A stretch of DNA of 63,919 nt, counting the filler, from Octopus bimaculoides (Eukaryota), in assembly GCF_001194135.2 (NCBI RefSeq). It is 6 parts of 6 records of this genome, joined end to end, with 100 filler letters (N's around TTAATTAATTAA, not from the genome) between each part and the next. Parts side by side here need not be neighbours in the genome. Positions count along the whole stretch, not along the records: positions 1 to 16,594 come from NC_068984.1; 5 more parts are not named here. The stretch is one strand, 5' to 3'. A program made the position numbers and the translations under genes. The notes under the pieces are model-generated. The model saw only the letters and a list, made by a program, of their open reading frames with translations. It did not search any database and had not been told where the DNA came from. Shown here piece by piece: positions 1 to 12,800 of the stretch; the stretch's first letter is position 1, and each line of letters starts with the position of its first letter.

Positions 1-37
<37 letters not shown>

Positions 38-468
38 CATATATATATATATAAAAAACCTTCAAGGCAGTGAGCTGGAGGAATCGTTAGCACGCCACAC
101 AAAATGCTTAACTCCACCGAAGCCATCTTTGTCTGTCACCTTCCGGTGTTGACTAAATTAAGTACCAGTTCAGTATTGAAGTCACTGTAAATGAGTAACC
201 TCCTGTCTCCAAATTTCAGAGCTCGGGCCTTCGGCAGAAAAAACAATATAGCACACCAACCGAGGTGAGCTGACAGAATCGGTAGCGCATCGGACAAATC
301 TTTATGTACATTTCTTCCGAAGAATCTATTGGAGTAGATGAAAGCGCTAATATGATTTATAAAGACATGACATATTAATAAAAATCTGTAAATGTACAAC
401 CATCCAGATCTCTGAGTACCGTATTTTTTCTAATATATAATACCTGTACATCACCTCCAGACCTTTTA

Positions 469-469
<1 letters not shown>

Positions 470-514
<45 letters not shown>

Positions 515-522
515 ATATATAT

Positions 523-554
<32 letters not shown>

Positions 555-815
555 ATGTATGTACGTATGTATGTATGTATATACATATATACATATATAT
601 ATGTATATTTGCATGTCTATATTTATGTGTGTGTCCACCATCGCTTGACAGCCGATGTTTGTGTGTTTACGTTCCCATAAACTACCGGTTCGGCAAAAAG
701 CGAACGATAGAATAAGTACTAGGCTTACAAGCAATAATCGACCCGGGGTCGATTTGTTCAACTAAAGGCGGTGCTCCTTATGGTCGTAGCTAAATGACTG
801 AAACAAGTAAAAGAA
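470..815 (+). mobile_element. SINE family B (local name), 3' half preceded by its internal (TG)n/(TA)n tract
   Basis: CATCGCTTGACAGCCGATG...GATAGAATAAGTACTAGGC...GGGGTCGATTTGTTCAACTAAAGGCGGTGCTC...AATGACTGAAACAAGTAAAAG matches the 3' half of the full copies at 1839-2250 and 61116-61492. Confidence 0.8.
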
Positions 816-1838
816 TAAAAGAAAGGGTATGTATGCCGTGGTCTTCCACTCAGTTTCCGTCAACCCAATTTACTAACAGAACATTGGTCGATCCAGTGCT
901 TAGAAGAAGACACTTGTCCAAGCTGCAGAACCGGAAGTTACGTTGTTGCAAAGCGAATATCTTAACCACACAGCAATGCCTGCGCTTTTAATCGGCTTCC
1001 CGATAGTTAGTGTAAGGCCAAAGAAGAATGTATTCACGGACAAATACTTCAAATTTTATAATATTGGAAGCATTTCAAATATTACATTAGTTGTGCAATA
1101 TATTTGTTCATGTATAGGCCTATGCTTTTGTGTATTAAAATTTATTGCAGACGCTTTAGACTTTATTCCATTATATTTTGAACGAACATAAAATTCTACG
1201 CTGAAATCAAGCAAACATGCAAACAGTCTCTTACAGATATAGGCGTTAGCATGGCTCTGCATTTAAGCGATTGGCTTTCCAAGTTGGCGATTTACGGTTC
1301 AGTCCCACTTCACTACAGCTTCTACTATATCCCTAGACCCGACCAATTCTTTGTGAGTAAATTTGGTATATTTTAACTATGGCGAAGCCCGTCATACTAC
1401 TTCAAAAGAAATGAAACTTGGTTTACCAACTGATCGAAAACGAGAAACTCCGAGCACCGGAAACCGGATCCATTCGGTTATAATGTTAGTCCTTTTTTAC
1501 TTTTAACATTTTCGGGGTCGATAAAATAAGTACCAGTTGATCACTGGAGTCGATATAATGGACTTATTCCCCCACCACCACCACCACCACGAAATTGCTG
1601 GCCTTGCGCCAAAATTTGAAATCAATATACGTGTAAATCTTGTGGGGAGTGCGTGGTCCAGTGGTTAGGGTGATACATACATGATTGCAAGATAATTATT
1701 TCGGTTTCCGGACAGAGCTCGGCATTGTGCTTACTTTGTTTCCCGTTTCTCCACTCCACCCAGCTGTAATTGTGCAACCATGCAACGTCCCGTAGCAGGG
1801 ATGTTGTGAGCTCGGCCTTTTATATGCCACGGCACTTT

Positions 1839-2250
1839 GGCGCAGGTGTGGGAGTGTAATAGGAAGCTTACTTCCCAATCACACGGCTTCGAGTTCAGTC
1901 CCACTGCGTAGCACCTTGGACAAGTACATTGCATTACAGCTTCGGGCAAGCCGAAGCCTTGTGATTGGATTTGGTAGACGGAAACTAAAAGAATCCTCTT
2001 GTATGTGTGTGTGCACGTGTGTGTGTATGCACGCGCGCGTCTTTGTATCTCTGTGTGTTCCCCACCGCCGCTTGATAACCGGTGTTGGTCTACCTACGTC
2101 CCCGTAACATAGCGGTTCGGTAAAATAGTTCGATACAAGAAGTACTAGGCTTAAATAAAGGACAAGAATCTATTCATTCGACTAAAAGTTCCTCAAGGCG
2201 GTACTCCAGCATGGCCACAGACTAATGACTGAAGCAAGTAAAAGATAAAA
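1839..2250 (+). mobile_element. SINE family B, full length
   Basis: tRNA-like head with B-box (GAGTTCAGTCCCAC), body, internal (TG)n tract, tail ending GACTGAAGCAAGTAAAAGATAAAA; more than 15 related full or partial copies in the window. Confidence 0.85.
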
Positions 2251-2747
2251 CCTTAAGGATCAAGGTTTGTTGTTGATGATTTAACGCCAGAGGGTGTATG
2301 TATTTATGCGTGTGTATGGTAAAAGATAATCCGCTGATGATAATTAACCACTCAATATTCTCCTATTTATGCTAAGTTTAACGCACGTATAAAAACGAAT
2401 TTATCGGATTGCGACGTATTACTGAATAACATTAAACAAATTACGTACATTTTCAGAATATTAAATTTCATCGTTGTCTTTCCATCTGTATCAATTGGAA
2501 AGGTGCATAGCTATCACTAAGCTTATTTGCAAATGAAGCAGTAAAAAACGAATTTGTATTTTATTTAGCCACTTAGGAACAGAACATGAGATATATTCCA
2601 AGAAATTACTGTATCCAATTTACATTTGAATATTGTTTTATTAACCTAACTTTATTCGAAGCGAACAAAAGCCTGAATTTCAATCAATGGCCGCTTGCGC
2701 AAACGGCACGTTATAAATTTTACAACACTCTCTATGTATCATTCACA

Positions 2748-2779
<32 letters not shown>

Positions 2780-3596
2780 TAAGAGACACATACAACACCC
2801 ACACATGCACACATACACTTCCTTTCTTTCTATCTCTCCCACTCTCTCTCGATAGATATATATTTATATATATATATATACACACAGAGAGAGTGATGTA
2901 TATATATATATATAATATGTGTGTTTGTGTATAAACCTTTGCGTTTGGCTTGAGTTTCTCTGTGTGTATGTGTATATGTATCTGTAATTTATTTAAGTGT
3001 AGGTGTGTCTGTATGTGTGTATCTGTGTATGTACGTATATATTTGCATGTGTGTTTAAACTGGTTCATTACTCGAAGATGCTCATAATGCTATTATTGAA
3101 CTGAAACAAATAACAAGTATATATCATGCACGAAACGAAACAAGAGAGAATAAATATTTTACGTGTACAAACATATGCAACAATCAATATTCACGCATTC
3201 ACACTATAAAACCGATTTAAATGAGCGGTTTATGAAGAATTGAACTCAAAAGAAAGAAAACGTAATAAAATATCAATGTCAATAGAAAGAACGATATTTT
3301 TATAAAATTCACATCGAGAGAAGCAAGCGACACAAAATGAGAAGACATTACGCATAAAATTTAGAGGTAAACATTCTAATTGCTATGAGCGCGCTTTTAT
3401 CTTCCCGAAAGCTATGGTATCCGTCTTCTTGTTTTGACGTTGTCCAAGCATCATTATTGGAACAAATTGTTCACGTGATCGCTATGTCAGTTGTCAAAAA
3501 GATTGAATCAGTCTTCTAGGCTACAAGGTTTCTTAAGACTGAGAGTATCCCGTGTGTGTATAAGGCCACCATTCATTAATTATTACTGTCAACTAG

Positions 3597-3654
3597 TGCC
3601 TCCTCTGAGTGTCTTAACCTACTGGAATCAGTTCAGAATCAAATTATTAACATG
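3597..3654 (+). other. Candidate 58-nt exon of an unidentified host gene (ASSECLNLLESVQNQIINM)
   Basis: AG at 3595-3596, one stop-free frame, strong donor ATG|GTGAGT at 3654/3655; acceptor tract weak and no homology recognised. Confidence 0.25.
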
Positions 3655-3984
3655 GTGAGTCCTCTTCTTCTTACTAGATTAAAGCTTTCCTAGGCAAATT
3701 GTTGCTTTTTTGCAACAATATTTATGTAAATAAATTTTTAAATTACATCTATTATCATATCATTGATACGAACATTAATTCTTAACTAAAAGCAGCGTCT
3801 TCACCCTCTGTGTTCGTCTGTCCTTGTTCGTTTACAGAGGAGCAAACTGGAACTTTGTCAAATGAAATGATTTACACGAGAACACAACATACCTCACGAA
3901 CCGGAAATCGAAACCACGATTTTGCGATTGTGAGTGCAAGACTCTAACCACCAGGTCACATGCCTTTATAAATTTACCTTAAAT

Positions 3985-4155
3985 ACCAAGGCGACGAGCT
4001 GTTAGAAACGTTAGCAGTATTTCGTTTGTCTTTATGTTCTGAGTTAAAATTCCGCCGAGGTCGACTTTGCCTTTCATCCCCTCATAATGGGGTCGTTCTA
4101 ATCGACTGGCCCCCTCCCCAAAAATTTCGTGCCTTATGGTTAGAGTAGAAAGGAA
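3985..4155 (+). mobile_element. SINE family A (local name), internally deleted
   Basis: AAGGCGACGAGCTG..AGAAACGTTAGCA head, GTTCTGAGTTAAAATTCCGCCGAGGTCGACTTTGCC body, GTGCCTTATGGTTAGAGTAGAAAGG tail. Confidence 0.8.
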
Positions 4156-5329
4156 TAAAGACTGCTATCCGTTGATTGCTTCTTGGTTTAGACAATCCCC
4201 ATTCTTTTACGTTTCGCTCTATTTTGAAGGCATCAACGTCACAACTTAAACTCCGTTCTTTACTCGAAAAATAATTGTGTTGGGGATTAATAGAAATAAA
4301 ACATTTTTTACTCTGTTTATGATCCGTGGTGAATACGTTAAGTTTAAGCATTTTATTTGACAACTGTCTTCGATATATTGCCAGTTTATCATTGAACTGA
4401 ATTGTTGATTGTAACATAGACATTGATTCACGGAGGGGAAGGTTTTAACTTTTCAACAATTTCCTCTAGGAGAAATATCGCTTGATAATTTTTGCATATC
4501 GATAATGATTTATAATTCTCACAAGGGTCACACATAAAAGATAAGTTTTCTGGAAGATGACAACACTTGTCAGTTTTCAAATTCCCAGATGAAGCTAATC
4601 ACATTTTCACTCCACTTCCATCGATAATGTCCTTAATAAACCTATGTTCAACTCAATCTTTTATTCATCTCGCTAAAGAACTCCTGTCATTTTACGGAGG
4701 CAAAAATAAAATTAATCTTGAAAGTATAGCCGGGCATACGTGTAGAAGAAACAATAATTCACCAGTTTAAATATATCTACATATACAGAATACAGCGTTA
4801 TCTTTTAATAAATTCCATCGGGATAGACTTCCTTTTGTGGGACAGAGATCAATAACTTAAGCGCCATTTACAGATAGTCAGATATATTTCTATTAAACTA
4901 TAGCGGTTTGTCAATATGAAATATCAATATTAGGTTTTCAAAAATATATTCGTGTAAAACAACTGTGAATATTGGACACATGAAGAACAATAAAGCATCA
5001 ATAATTTATTGGTTGCCTGTCATGTGCGGTTTAGGTAGTAAACTATCAATTAAGAAGGCGCTGTCTGTTTCAATACGTGATTTGAATCATATTAATATAA
5101 GAACTGAAGTACACGCTGTCTTGGCGGTAAATGTTGATGGCGTAAACAACATTTGCCTCCTATTTATCTCTGGTTAAATCCTGCCCCACCAAAACATAGG
5201 CCTCAGAGTTAAGCTTCTCTTTTTCTTTTTCTTTTTTTTTCAGCTTCATAAGCCATCGGTTAAATTATTTTCTTTATTTCAGAGGCAGTAGTACAAAAAA
5301 TAGACCACTATTCCCCCAGTCATGAATGA

Positions 5330-6062
5330 ACACGCGATTGCTCCTAGAAAGTTGCCCTGCGGACACAAATCTGGTTAAGGTTGTTTAAGAAAGACCAGCA
5401 CTTGCCCATGCATACCAGCCTCACATCACCACCTCACTCCACCGATGTTATCCAAGGGAAACGCAACGGGTGATACAGCTTGGCACCAGTGACATCGCAA
5501 CTCATTTCTACAGTTGGGAGAGCTGGAACACCGTGAAATAAAGTGTCTTACTCTTTTACTCTTTTACTTGTTTCAGTCATTTGACTGCGGCCATGCTGGA
5601 GCACCGCCTTTATTCGAACAAATTGACCCCAGGACTTATTCTTCGTAAGCCTAGTACTTATTCTATCGGTCACTTTTGCCGAACCGCTAAGTTACGGTGA
5701 CGCAAACACACCAGCGTCGGTTGTCAAACGATGCTGGGGGGACAAACACAGACGCACAAACACACACACACACACACATATATACATATATATACGACGG
5801 GCTTCTTTCAGTTTCCGTCTACCAAATCCACTCACAAGGCCTTGGTCGGCCCGAGGCTATAGTAGAAGACCCTTGCCCAAGGTAGTGGGACCGAACCCAG
5901 AACCATGTGGCTGGTAAGCAAGATACTTACCACACAGCCACTTCTGCGCCTATGTCTTGCTGAAGTGCACAACACAACCACAACACACAGCCCGGTCAAA
6001 GAATCAAACTCACAACCTAATGATTGTAAGCCCGACGCTCTAACTACTGAGCCATGAGCCTT
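5330..6062 (-). mobile_element. tRNA-headed SINE interrupted by a full family-B SINE (5550-5952, -)
   Basis: Host reads AAAGTGTCTT at 5540-5549 and resumes TGTCTTGCTGAAG at 5953, tRNA-like head at about 6000-6060; intact family-B copy between the halves. Confidence 0.7.
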
Positions 6063-6435
6063 CAGAGGCAAAAGTAGCTCAGTGTTATTATATATTACAT
6101 ACAAATTCATATGAACCTTAAGTGGCTCAGCCTATTTGCATATTACTGCAATCGTTGAAATCTGGTGAGGCGGCACATATTCTCTGAGAAGATAAACGTT
6201 TTGTATAAAAAAAGAAACGTATGTCTTTCATTTCAGAATATTCTTAAATGAAAGCTAAATTTATATTTCGTCTTTTGTGAACTCGTCTGTGAAATAGATT
6301 CTAACAATATGTAACCATTCTTTGTTTCAACGCATGAATTCACATCGAGAATCATGCAAACCCAATACCAAAACGAAATAACAGCAATTGTATTCACGAA
6401 AAAACATACGAACCATACACTGTGGCAACGCACGC

Positions 6436-6436
<1 letters not shown>

Positions 6437-6514
<78 letters not shown>

Positions 6515-6540
6515 TGTAGATAGATAGATAGATAGATAGC

Positions 6541-6589
<49 letters not shown>
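6437..6589. repeat. (TAGA)n tetranucleotide microsatellite
   Basis: About 150 bp of near-perfect TAGA; source of the YLSI-repeat pseudo-ORFs. Confidence 0.97.
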
Positions 6590-6851
6590 GTCAATGTATC
6601 TATAGTCAATACTCACAGTAATCTAAGTATCTCAAGTGGCATGGAATTAGGTTTAATTTTCAAGTGGAAATTGAGTTTAAATTTCACAGCAAATATTTGC
6701 GAATTGATGTAGCTAGAAGATGAAAAGATAAGAGAAAACTTAAATGTAGACTCGAAACGTAAAAGACTTTCTCAACTTCCCGAGTGTTAAACTAACACAC
6801 GTTTGTTTTTTATACACCTGTCTTCGTCTTTTGTTTCATGGTAAATTCCAG

Positions 6852-6928
<77 letters not shown>

Positions 6929-7389
6929 TATATGTATGTTTCTTTGACTGTGTGTTTTTTCCTCCTACGCACCACTTGACAACCAGTGTTGGCTTTTCTA
7001 GATCTGCGTAACTTACCAGTTTGGTAAAACAGACAGATGGAACAAGAACCAACCTCTTAAAAAAATAAGTACTGGGACGATTTATTCGAACGAAACCCTT
7101 CAAGTTGGCACCCTAGCATGGTCGAAGTCCAATGACTGAAATTACGTTGATGTAAAATGTTGGGTTCTGTTCGTTGGCCTTTTTGCATATACTTTTATTA
7201 CTTTCCAATGTTATTTGAATTATCAAGATAAACATTGTTATCGTAACGTTTCATGATTGTTTTGTCTTTTATTTTTAATTTATTTATTTAGTTTTTTTAT
7301 ATATTTTGTAGCTCTAGCTCTGTTTTTCCTCTACGACGTTTGTTAATCGATTTTGAAACTTGTATAAATTTTACCTCTTTTCAGACATA

Positions 7390-7560
7390 TGACGTTCGAG
7401 TGCCAAGTAAAGGAAATGATCATATCCGACACCTGCTTCTCCGAGCTTGCTCTCAAGATTTTAAAGATGCCAAAGGCGCTCCTGTTTGTACTGTGTACAG
7501 AAAACTCGCTATTACTGAGAGAACTGCACAGAAAATTATTTCAAGCTTTCTCAAGCAGTT
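7390..7560 (+). mobile_element. mariner transposase N-terminal (HTH) fragment, degenerate
   Basis: Frameshifted MxFECQVKE / NDHIRHLLL...VCTVYRKLAITERTAQK resembles the mariner N-terminus (HxRHxLL...ICxVYG...TERTAQxWF). Confidence 0.65.
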
Positions 7561-8129
7561 CTAACTATGGTTAAGACAGCCTCTCATAATTACCGTATAA
7601 ACGTTCCATCAGTTTATGACGAATAGCCAAGATTAAACCCGATTGGTTACGCTTATACCCTTCGTGTATTAATTTATTTGTAGTAACATTGTCGAGAATG
7701 CCAATGTCTTGTGATTAGTGGTGTTTGTTTCGAATACAAAGGATTATATTCTCCAATATATGCTTGAAGGCGACAAGCTTGCCACAGCATTACCGCTCCG
7801 AACAAAATGCTTCACTGCATTTCTTCCGAATTTACATTTTCAGTTCAAATACCACCGCGGTTGATTTTTGCTTTTGATCCTCCTGGAGTTGAGAAAATAA
7901 CTACCAGTTGAGCAATGGGGACAATGTCATCAACTTACCAACACCCACGAAAGTGCTGGTGTTCCGCAAAGATGTAGGACACATACATCCTTCCAGTTTA
8001 TAAAAAAAAATGGTGTTATTTGGGAGACAATTTGGGAATATATTATTTTATCTTTGTCCCTTACTTATTTCACTCAAAGGCCTGCGGTCGTGTTAGGATT
8101 AAATCGACACAGCTATGGATAGTCTTCTT

Positions 8130-8720
8130 TTCTCTCTTCTTTTTTAATTCTCTTTTGGCATGTCGAGCGTTTAATATCCCCGAGAACCCATTGCCGAAAG
8201 CTTGGATGTTTCTGCATTCACTTTTCAGCCCAAATTTTATGTATTATTGTTTATGCTGTTCTTCCATAGATAGTATGCGATTGTCAAATGTTATCTGCTC
8301 CGATCTCAAGTCTCTACCCCCATCATCTATCCTTAGCTAGAGCTTGCCGACATTAGTGTTTCTGTGCAAGTTTCCAGTTGATGTCAAGATCTTTCAAGTT
8401 TTAATGATCTGAAGGGGATCATTCAAGTATCCCTACAGATCATTCAAGTATCCCTACAGATCATTCAAGTATCCCAGATTTTAGTAACAACATTGGCATT
8501 ATTGTGTAATAATGTATTACTATAAGAGGAACGTTCTGACAACATTTTTCTAAGTCTGGTGTAGTATTCTCGGTTCACTCTATCTTTTTTTCAGAATTCT
8601 CTCATATGGTTCCATGCCTAGGAACTTGCATTCTTTATGTGGAACAGAAATTATAGAGAGACCACTAATGCACACAAGTTTTGGGTTTGGATGGGGGATG
8701 ATTTTCCACGTTCAATAAGC
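8130..8720 (-). mobile_element. R4/Dong-type (RLE) LINE, RT-thumb remnant
   Basis: Minus-strand KECKFLGME...REYYTRLRKML and TSTGNLHRNTNVGKL*LRIDDGGRDL match YKYLG...EYxxRLRKIL and LYLxRxxGGRGL motifs; contains stops. Confidence 0.55.
8417..8475. repeat. 21-bp tandem repeat x2.8 (GATCATTCAAGTATCCCTACA)
   Basis: Two perfect units plus 17 nt of a third, inside the LINE remnant. Confidence 0.95.
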
Positions 8721-9584
8721 ATATACCTCTTATTTAGTTTCACCAAATTTCATTCTTATGTCAGCTGAAAATATTATTAAGTCCAGTTGATTTGGTCCTT
8801 TGTAAACATTTTCGCATAAATCTTCGTGTCATCCACAAAGAAATTACGTGTTACATTGGTACCTGTAGCAGATGCAGAGCTTAACATGTAGGCATGGCTG
8901 TTTTATGTATTTATGTATGTATGTATGTACCGATGTATGTACCTATGTACGTATGTAGGCATATATGTATGTATATGTATATTGTCAAATTAGCAAGAAA
9001 CCAGTAAATATGAATTCCATCTTTAAGGTTTTTTGTGCACGTACCAAAATTAAAATTCTTTCATCTCAGCTGATACGATGAATCATCAATCATTTAGTTC
9101 TGTAACTGGCGTAGTGGAATAATGTGTTGCTGTTTTTTATGAATTTTCACAAAAAAAAAAGTTTAGTATTTCTTGTTTTACAAACAAACTGCCTCCAGCA
9201 AATAAAGAAAATGGGAAAATACTCAAATAGTTCTACGTCTAAGAAAGAAGAGAATTTCTTTTACATCAAAGCAATAATTTTATCAAATATGATACCATAT
9301 ACACAGGGATTGTAATTTGAAACTGGACAGAGATGTTGGCATGCATGAAATCGGATGCATGAAATATAACATACGTGAAGGTACACTTGTATTAACGTTT
9401 CAATAAATACAAATGTTGTCAGGTTAGAAATAGAACGCTTTGTTGTATATATTGTACGTTGTAAATAAAATCGTATTCCTTTCTCCAAATCTACAATTCA
9501 AACAAAAGCTTTGAGTAATGTTACAACATTGAAAAGAACTGGTCGTAACATCAACACTGGAGAAGGACATAAGGTTTTTTTTTT

Positions 9585-9990
9585 CTGCGGAAAGAAGCTT
9601 GCAACACAACGACAGTGTTCCAGGTTCAGTCCCACTGCGTGGCAACTTGAGCAAGTGTCTCCTACCATAAAATCAGGCTGAACACCTTCGAAATGGATTC
9701 GGGATAGGGAAATTGAAAGACACCTGTCGTATATATGTGTATGTGTCTGTGTGTGCGTGCGTGTGTCCGTATGCGACTGTGTGTGGATGTCTGTGTGTCT
9801 ATATGTGTGTCGGTATTTGTTTCTTTGTGTGACAACCGCTGTTGGTTTGTTATCTCCACATAACTTAGCGGCTCGGCTAAAGACCGATAGAATAAGTTCC
9901 AGGTTTAAAAGTACTACAGCCGATTCATTCGGCTAAACTTCTTGAAGGCCATGCTCTAGCATGGTCTCAATCTAATGACTAAAATATGTA
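9585..9990 (+). mobile_element. SINE family B, near full length
   Basis: CCAGGTTCAGTCCCACTGCGTGGC head, internal TG-rich tract, GACCGATAGAATAAGT and CATGGTCTCAATCTAATGACT tail. Confidence 0.8.
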
Positions 9991-10139
9991 GAAAATTAAA
10001 ACATATCTGTGAGTGTGCGTGTTTGTGTGTGTGTGTGCGTGTGCGTGTGCGTGTGTGTGCACGCGTGCGTGTGTGTGCGTATATATATATATGTATATAG
10101 ATATATTTATATACACATACATACACATACATACATACA

Positions 10140-10175
<36 letters not shown>

Positions 10176-11408
10176 AACAAACACACAAACACACACACAC
10201 AAACATAGGGACTATAATTGTCCGAAAATGCTGTTCGAGAATTCCTTATACAGAATTCACTTTCAGCAATTTCCGCTACCTCATCGATAAGGACTGGGTG
10301 TGTTTACGCCCCCGTAACTTAGGACTTCGGCAAAAATGACCGATAGAATAAGTACTAGGCTTACAAAGAATAAGTTCTCGGCTCGATTTGTTCGACGAAA
10401 GGCAGTGCTCCGGTATGGCCACAGTCAAATGACTGAAACAAGTAAAATAGTAAAAGAATATATATATATATATTTGTGTGTGCGTGTGTGTGTTGTTATA
10501 AATAAATATATATTTATATATTCTGTGTGTGTGCGTGCGTATGTGTGTGTATGTGTGTTTGTCTGTGTGTGTGTGAATATATATTTAGCTGTTTCCATGT
10601 TCCTAGCAGGTCAAATGATAACACAGACGCCCTGTCGTTGTTACTCTGTATAATTCCAAAATTTCCTTTTCCCGAGTAACTACGTCTGTGAGTACTTACG
10701 ATATAAAAGACCGACTCGCGACTGATGGATGTTTATTATATAACTTATAGTAACATTCCCAGTCGTGTGGTTCCTTTATGATCAGTAGGCCGAATACAGA
10801 GGATGGAAATGGTACAGTAATATCACCCTTTTGTAAGAAATTGTGATGTAAATAATTGATAAAGATAAAACATACTAGAAAAAGGTAATATACTGATGAA
10901 GAACTAATTAGCGCGAATATAAAATGTCAAATCACAGCTAGGTTCTTTGATTGCAATACCGTTAGATGTAGCGTAAGATTATATTTTACCAGTAACATGT
11001 CGTGAGGGATCTGTGAAAACCATAAAACGGCATCAATTAAACTGTTTCCTTCCATACAAGATATTCAAATATACACGGATTTTCTTTGATCCGTTTACGC
11101 ATACAACTAAAAGTCATGTTGAATCGATGTTCAATTGTGCGAAAGCACGACATAAATGAGATATCGGCATTCATTGCACACGATTAGATTCTCATTTAAT
11201 AGAGACTTTTGTGGTGTTGTACCATTCCTAATGATGGATTTGAACAATCATTTGCAGGATTGAATAAAAGTATAAAAAATTAATTTTGCTCAGAAAATCT
11301 GTTTTATTCTTGCGTAAGATTTTTTCACGTTTCAGATTTATCTTTTTTTGTTTTTAAATGCCAAAGGTCATTAGGAATGTATTTATTCAATAATTCCGTT
11401 TTCTTCAG

Positions 11409-11440
11409 ATGTTGGTCTTAAGGAAAAACATCATTGCGAG
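11409..11440 (+). other. Candidate 32-nt micro-exon
   Basis: Acceptor TTCCGTTTTCTTCAG| at 11408 and donor GAG|GTAAGA at 11441 in non-repetitive AT-rich DNA; open as MLVLRKNIIA or (D)VGLKEKHHCE. Confidence 0.35.
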
Positions 11441-12489
11441 GTAAGAAGAAAAATTTAAAAGATAAATTTATCAGCGAAATGAAATGTACCAAGTTTGCTT
11501 TCATACGTGGCTGATTGAATGCAAATTAAAATAAAATCAGGTGAAAATATTAATAGTTAGAAATTACTTTTTATGCAATTTTTATTATTAAAAATTACTA
11601 ATTAGAATGTCTTCATTATTTTCAAATTTAAGTTTCATTACAATTCCTGATGAGAAAACTCTAAGTGTAAACTTCACTTACATACTGAAGCACAAATGCG
11701 CTAAATTTAATTTTCCACTTTTAGATTTCGTTTTATTTTAAATTTGATGTTTTAAAAAATTTCCAAAATACCTAATTACACAGATTAATGTGAAAATGTA
11801 AGCTAACTGTAAATTTTAATATAACGAAAGAAAAATACATGGAAAATATTAGCTTTATGATTGGTATTATATTTAATTAAACAAAATAAATTGTACCAAC
11901 TGGTTTTTCTTCGAATCTTTATAAATGTGCTTTTAAGTAAAGAAAATTTTGTCAAGATCCCCGCAGACTTTGCATGATTCTTTTGATGCTTAATATTTAT
12001 ACATTTCTATATATTGTTTCATATTCCATGCTGAGAGACTACCTTTGTTGCTATTTGGCAATCGTTCCTTCATTTAATGTATCACATTCATCAAAAAGAA
12101 AGGTGATTGTTACATAATTCTCCCATTTGTGATTCGAACATTTCATGGACTCCAACGAAGTCACGTATTGTCCTTGCCTTCGAAACGCGGAGTAGATGGA
12201 ACAGGACAACTGACGAAGGGGCATACTCTCTATGTTGCATGTCTCGTTTCTCTGTTTGTTTTTTTCGTTGTTCGAAAAAACTTCGTTTTCTGTCTTCGTC
12301 TTTATGTTTTCGTTTCTCATTGTGTTTAACGTTTTTTGTGATGTCATGTACCCATATATGCATGTATGTATACATATAAGATGTCGGTATGTACATATAT
12401 GTATGGATATATGCATATAATTATATATTATTTATGTTATTATATGATCGAACGCCACGCACTGTCTCCAAGTAAATTATATATATATA

Positions 12490-12800
12490 TATAGGGGAGA
12501 ATGTACGAAAAAACAACAACAGACGAGGACAGGTGGTGTAAATAACAAAAGGATGTATTAGTATGACGCTCGGGAATGCGGAAAGTCTTTGACGTTTCGA
12601 GCTACGCTCTTCAACAGAAAGAATACGGAGACAAGGAGAAAACACGGAGACAAGGAGAAAAACACGGAGAAAAAAAATTGAATAGTGTTCAGTCAACGGT
12701 CAATCATAATAATGGCTAATAATGGCTGACCGGAAGTTAGAAATTCTTTTTTCAGGAGAGCTAAGAAAAGGGGGAGATAACAAACGGTGATCGAAGAACG
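12490..12800 (-). mobile_element. Dispersed repeat, probably a Penelope-like element 3' end
   Basis: GACAGGTGGTGTAAA..GGATGTATTAGT..CTTTGACGTTTCGAGC block recurs at 6745-6855, 15092-15135 and 42925-43115; Penelope assignment rests only on the CGAAACGTC motif. Confidence 0.45.

Noticed and set aside
347-761. HT/YI/CV-rich ORFs here and many similar ones across the window
   Set aside because: Translations of (CA)n, (TA)n, (TG)n and (TAGA)n microsatellites; no protein signal
4082-5177. ORFs 4082-4423, 4567-4770 and 4965-5177 in fairly complex sequence
   Set aside because: No recognisable domain in any frame and many stops; may be a decayed gene or element but cannot be supported
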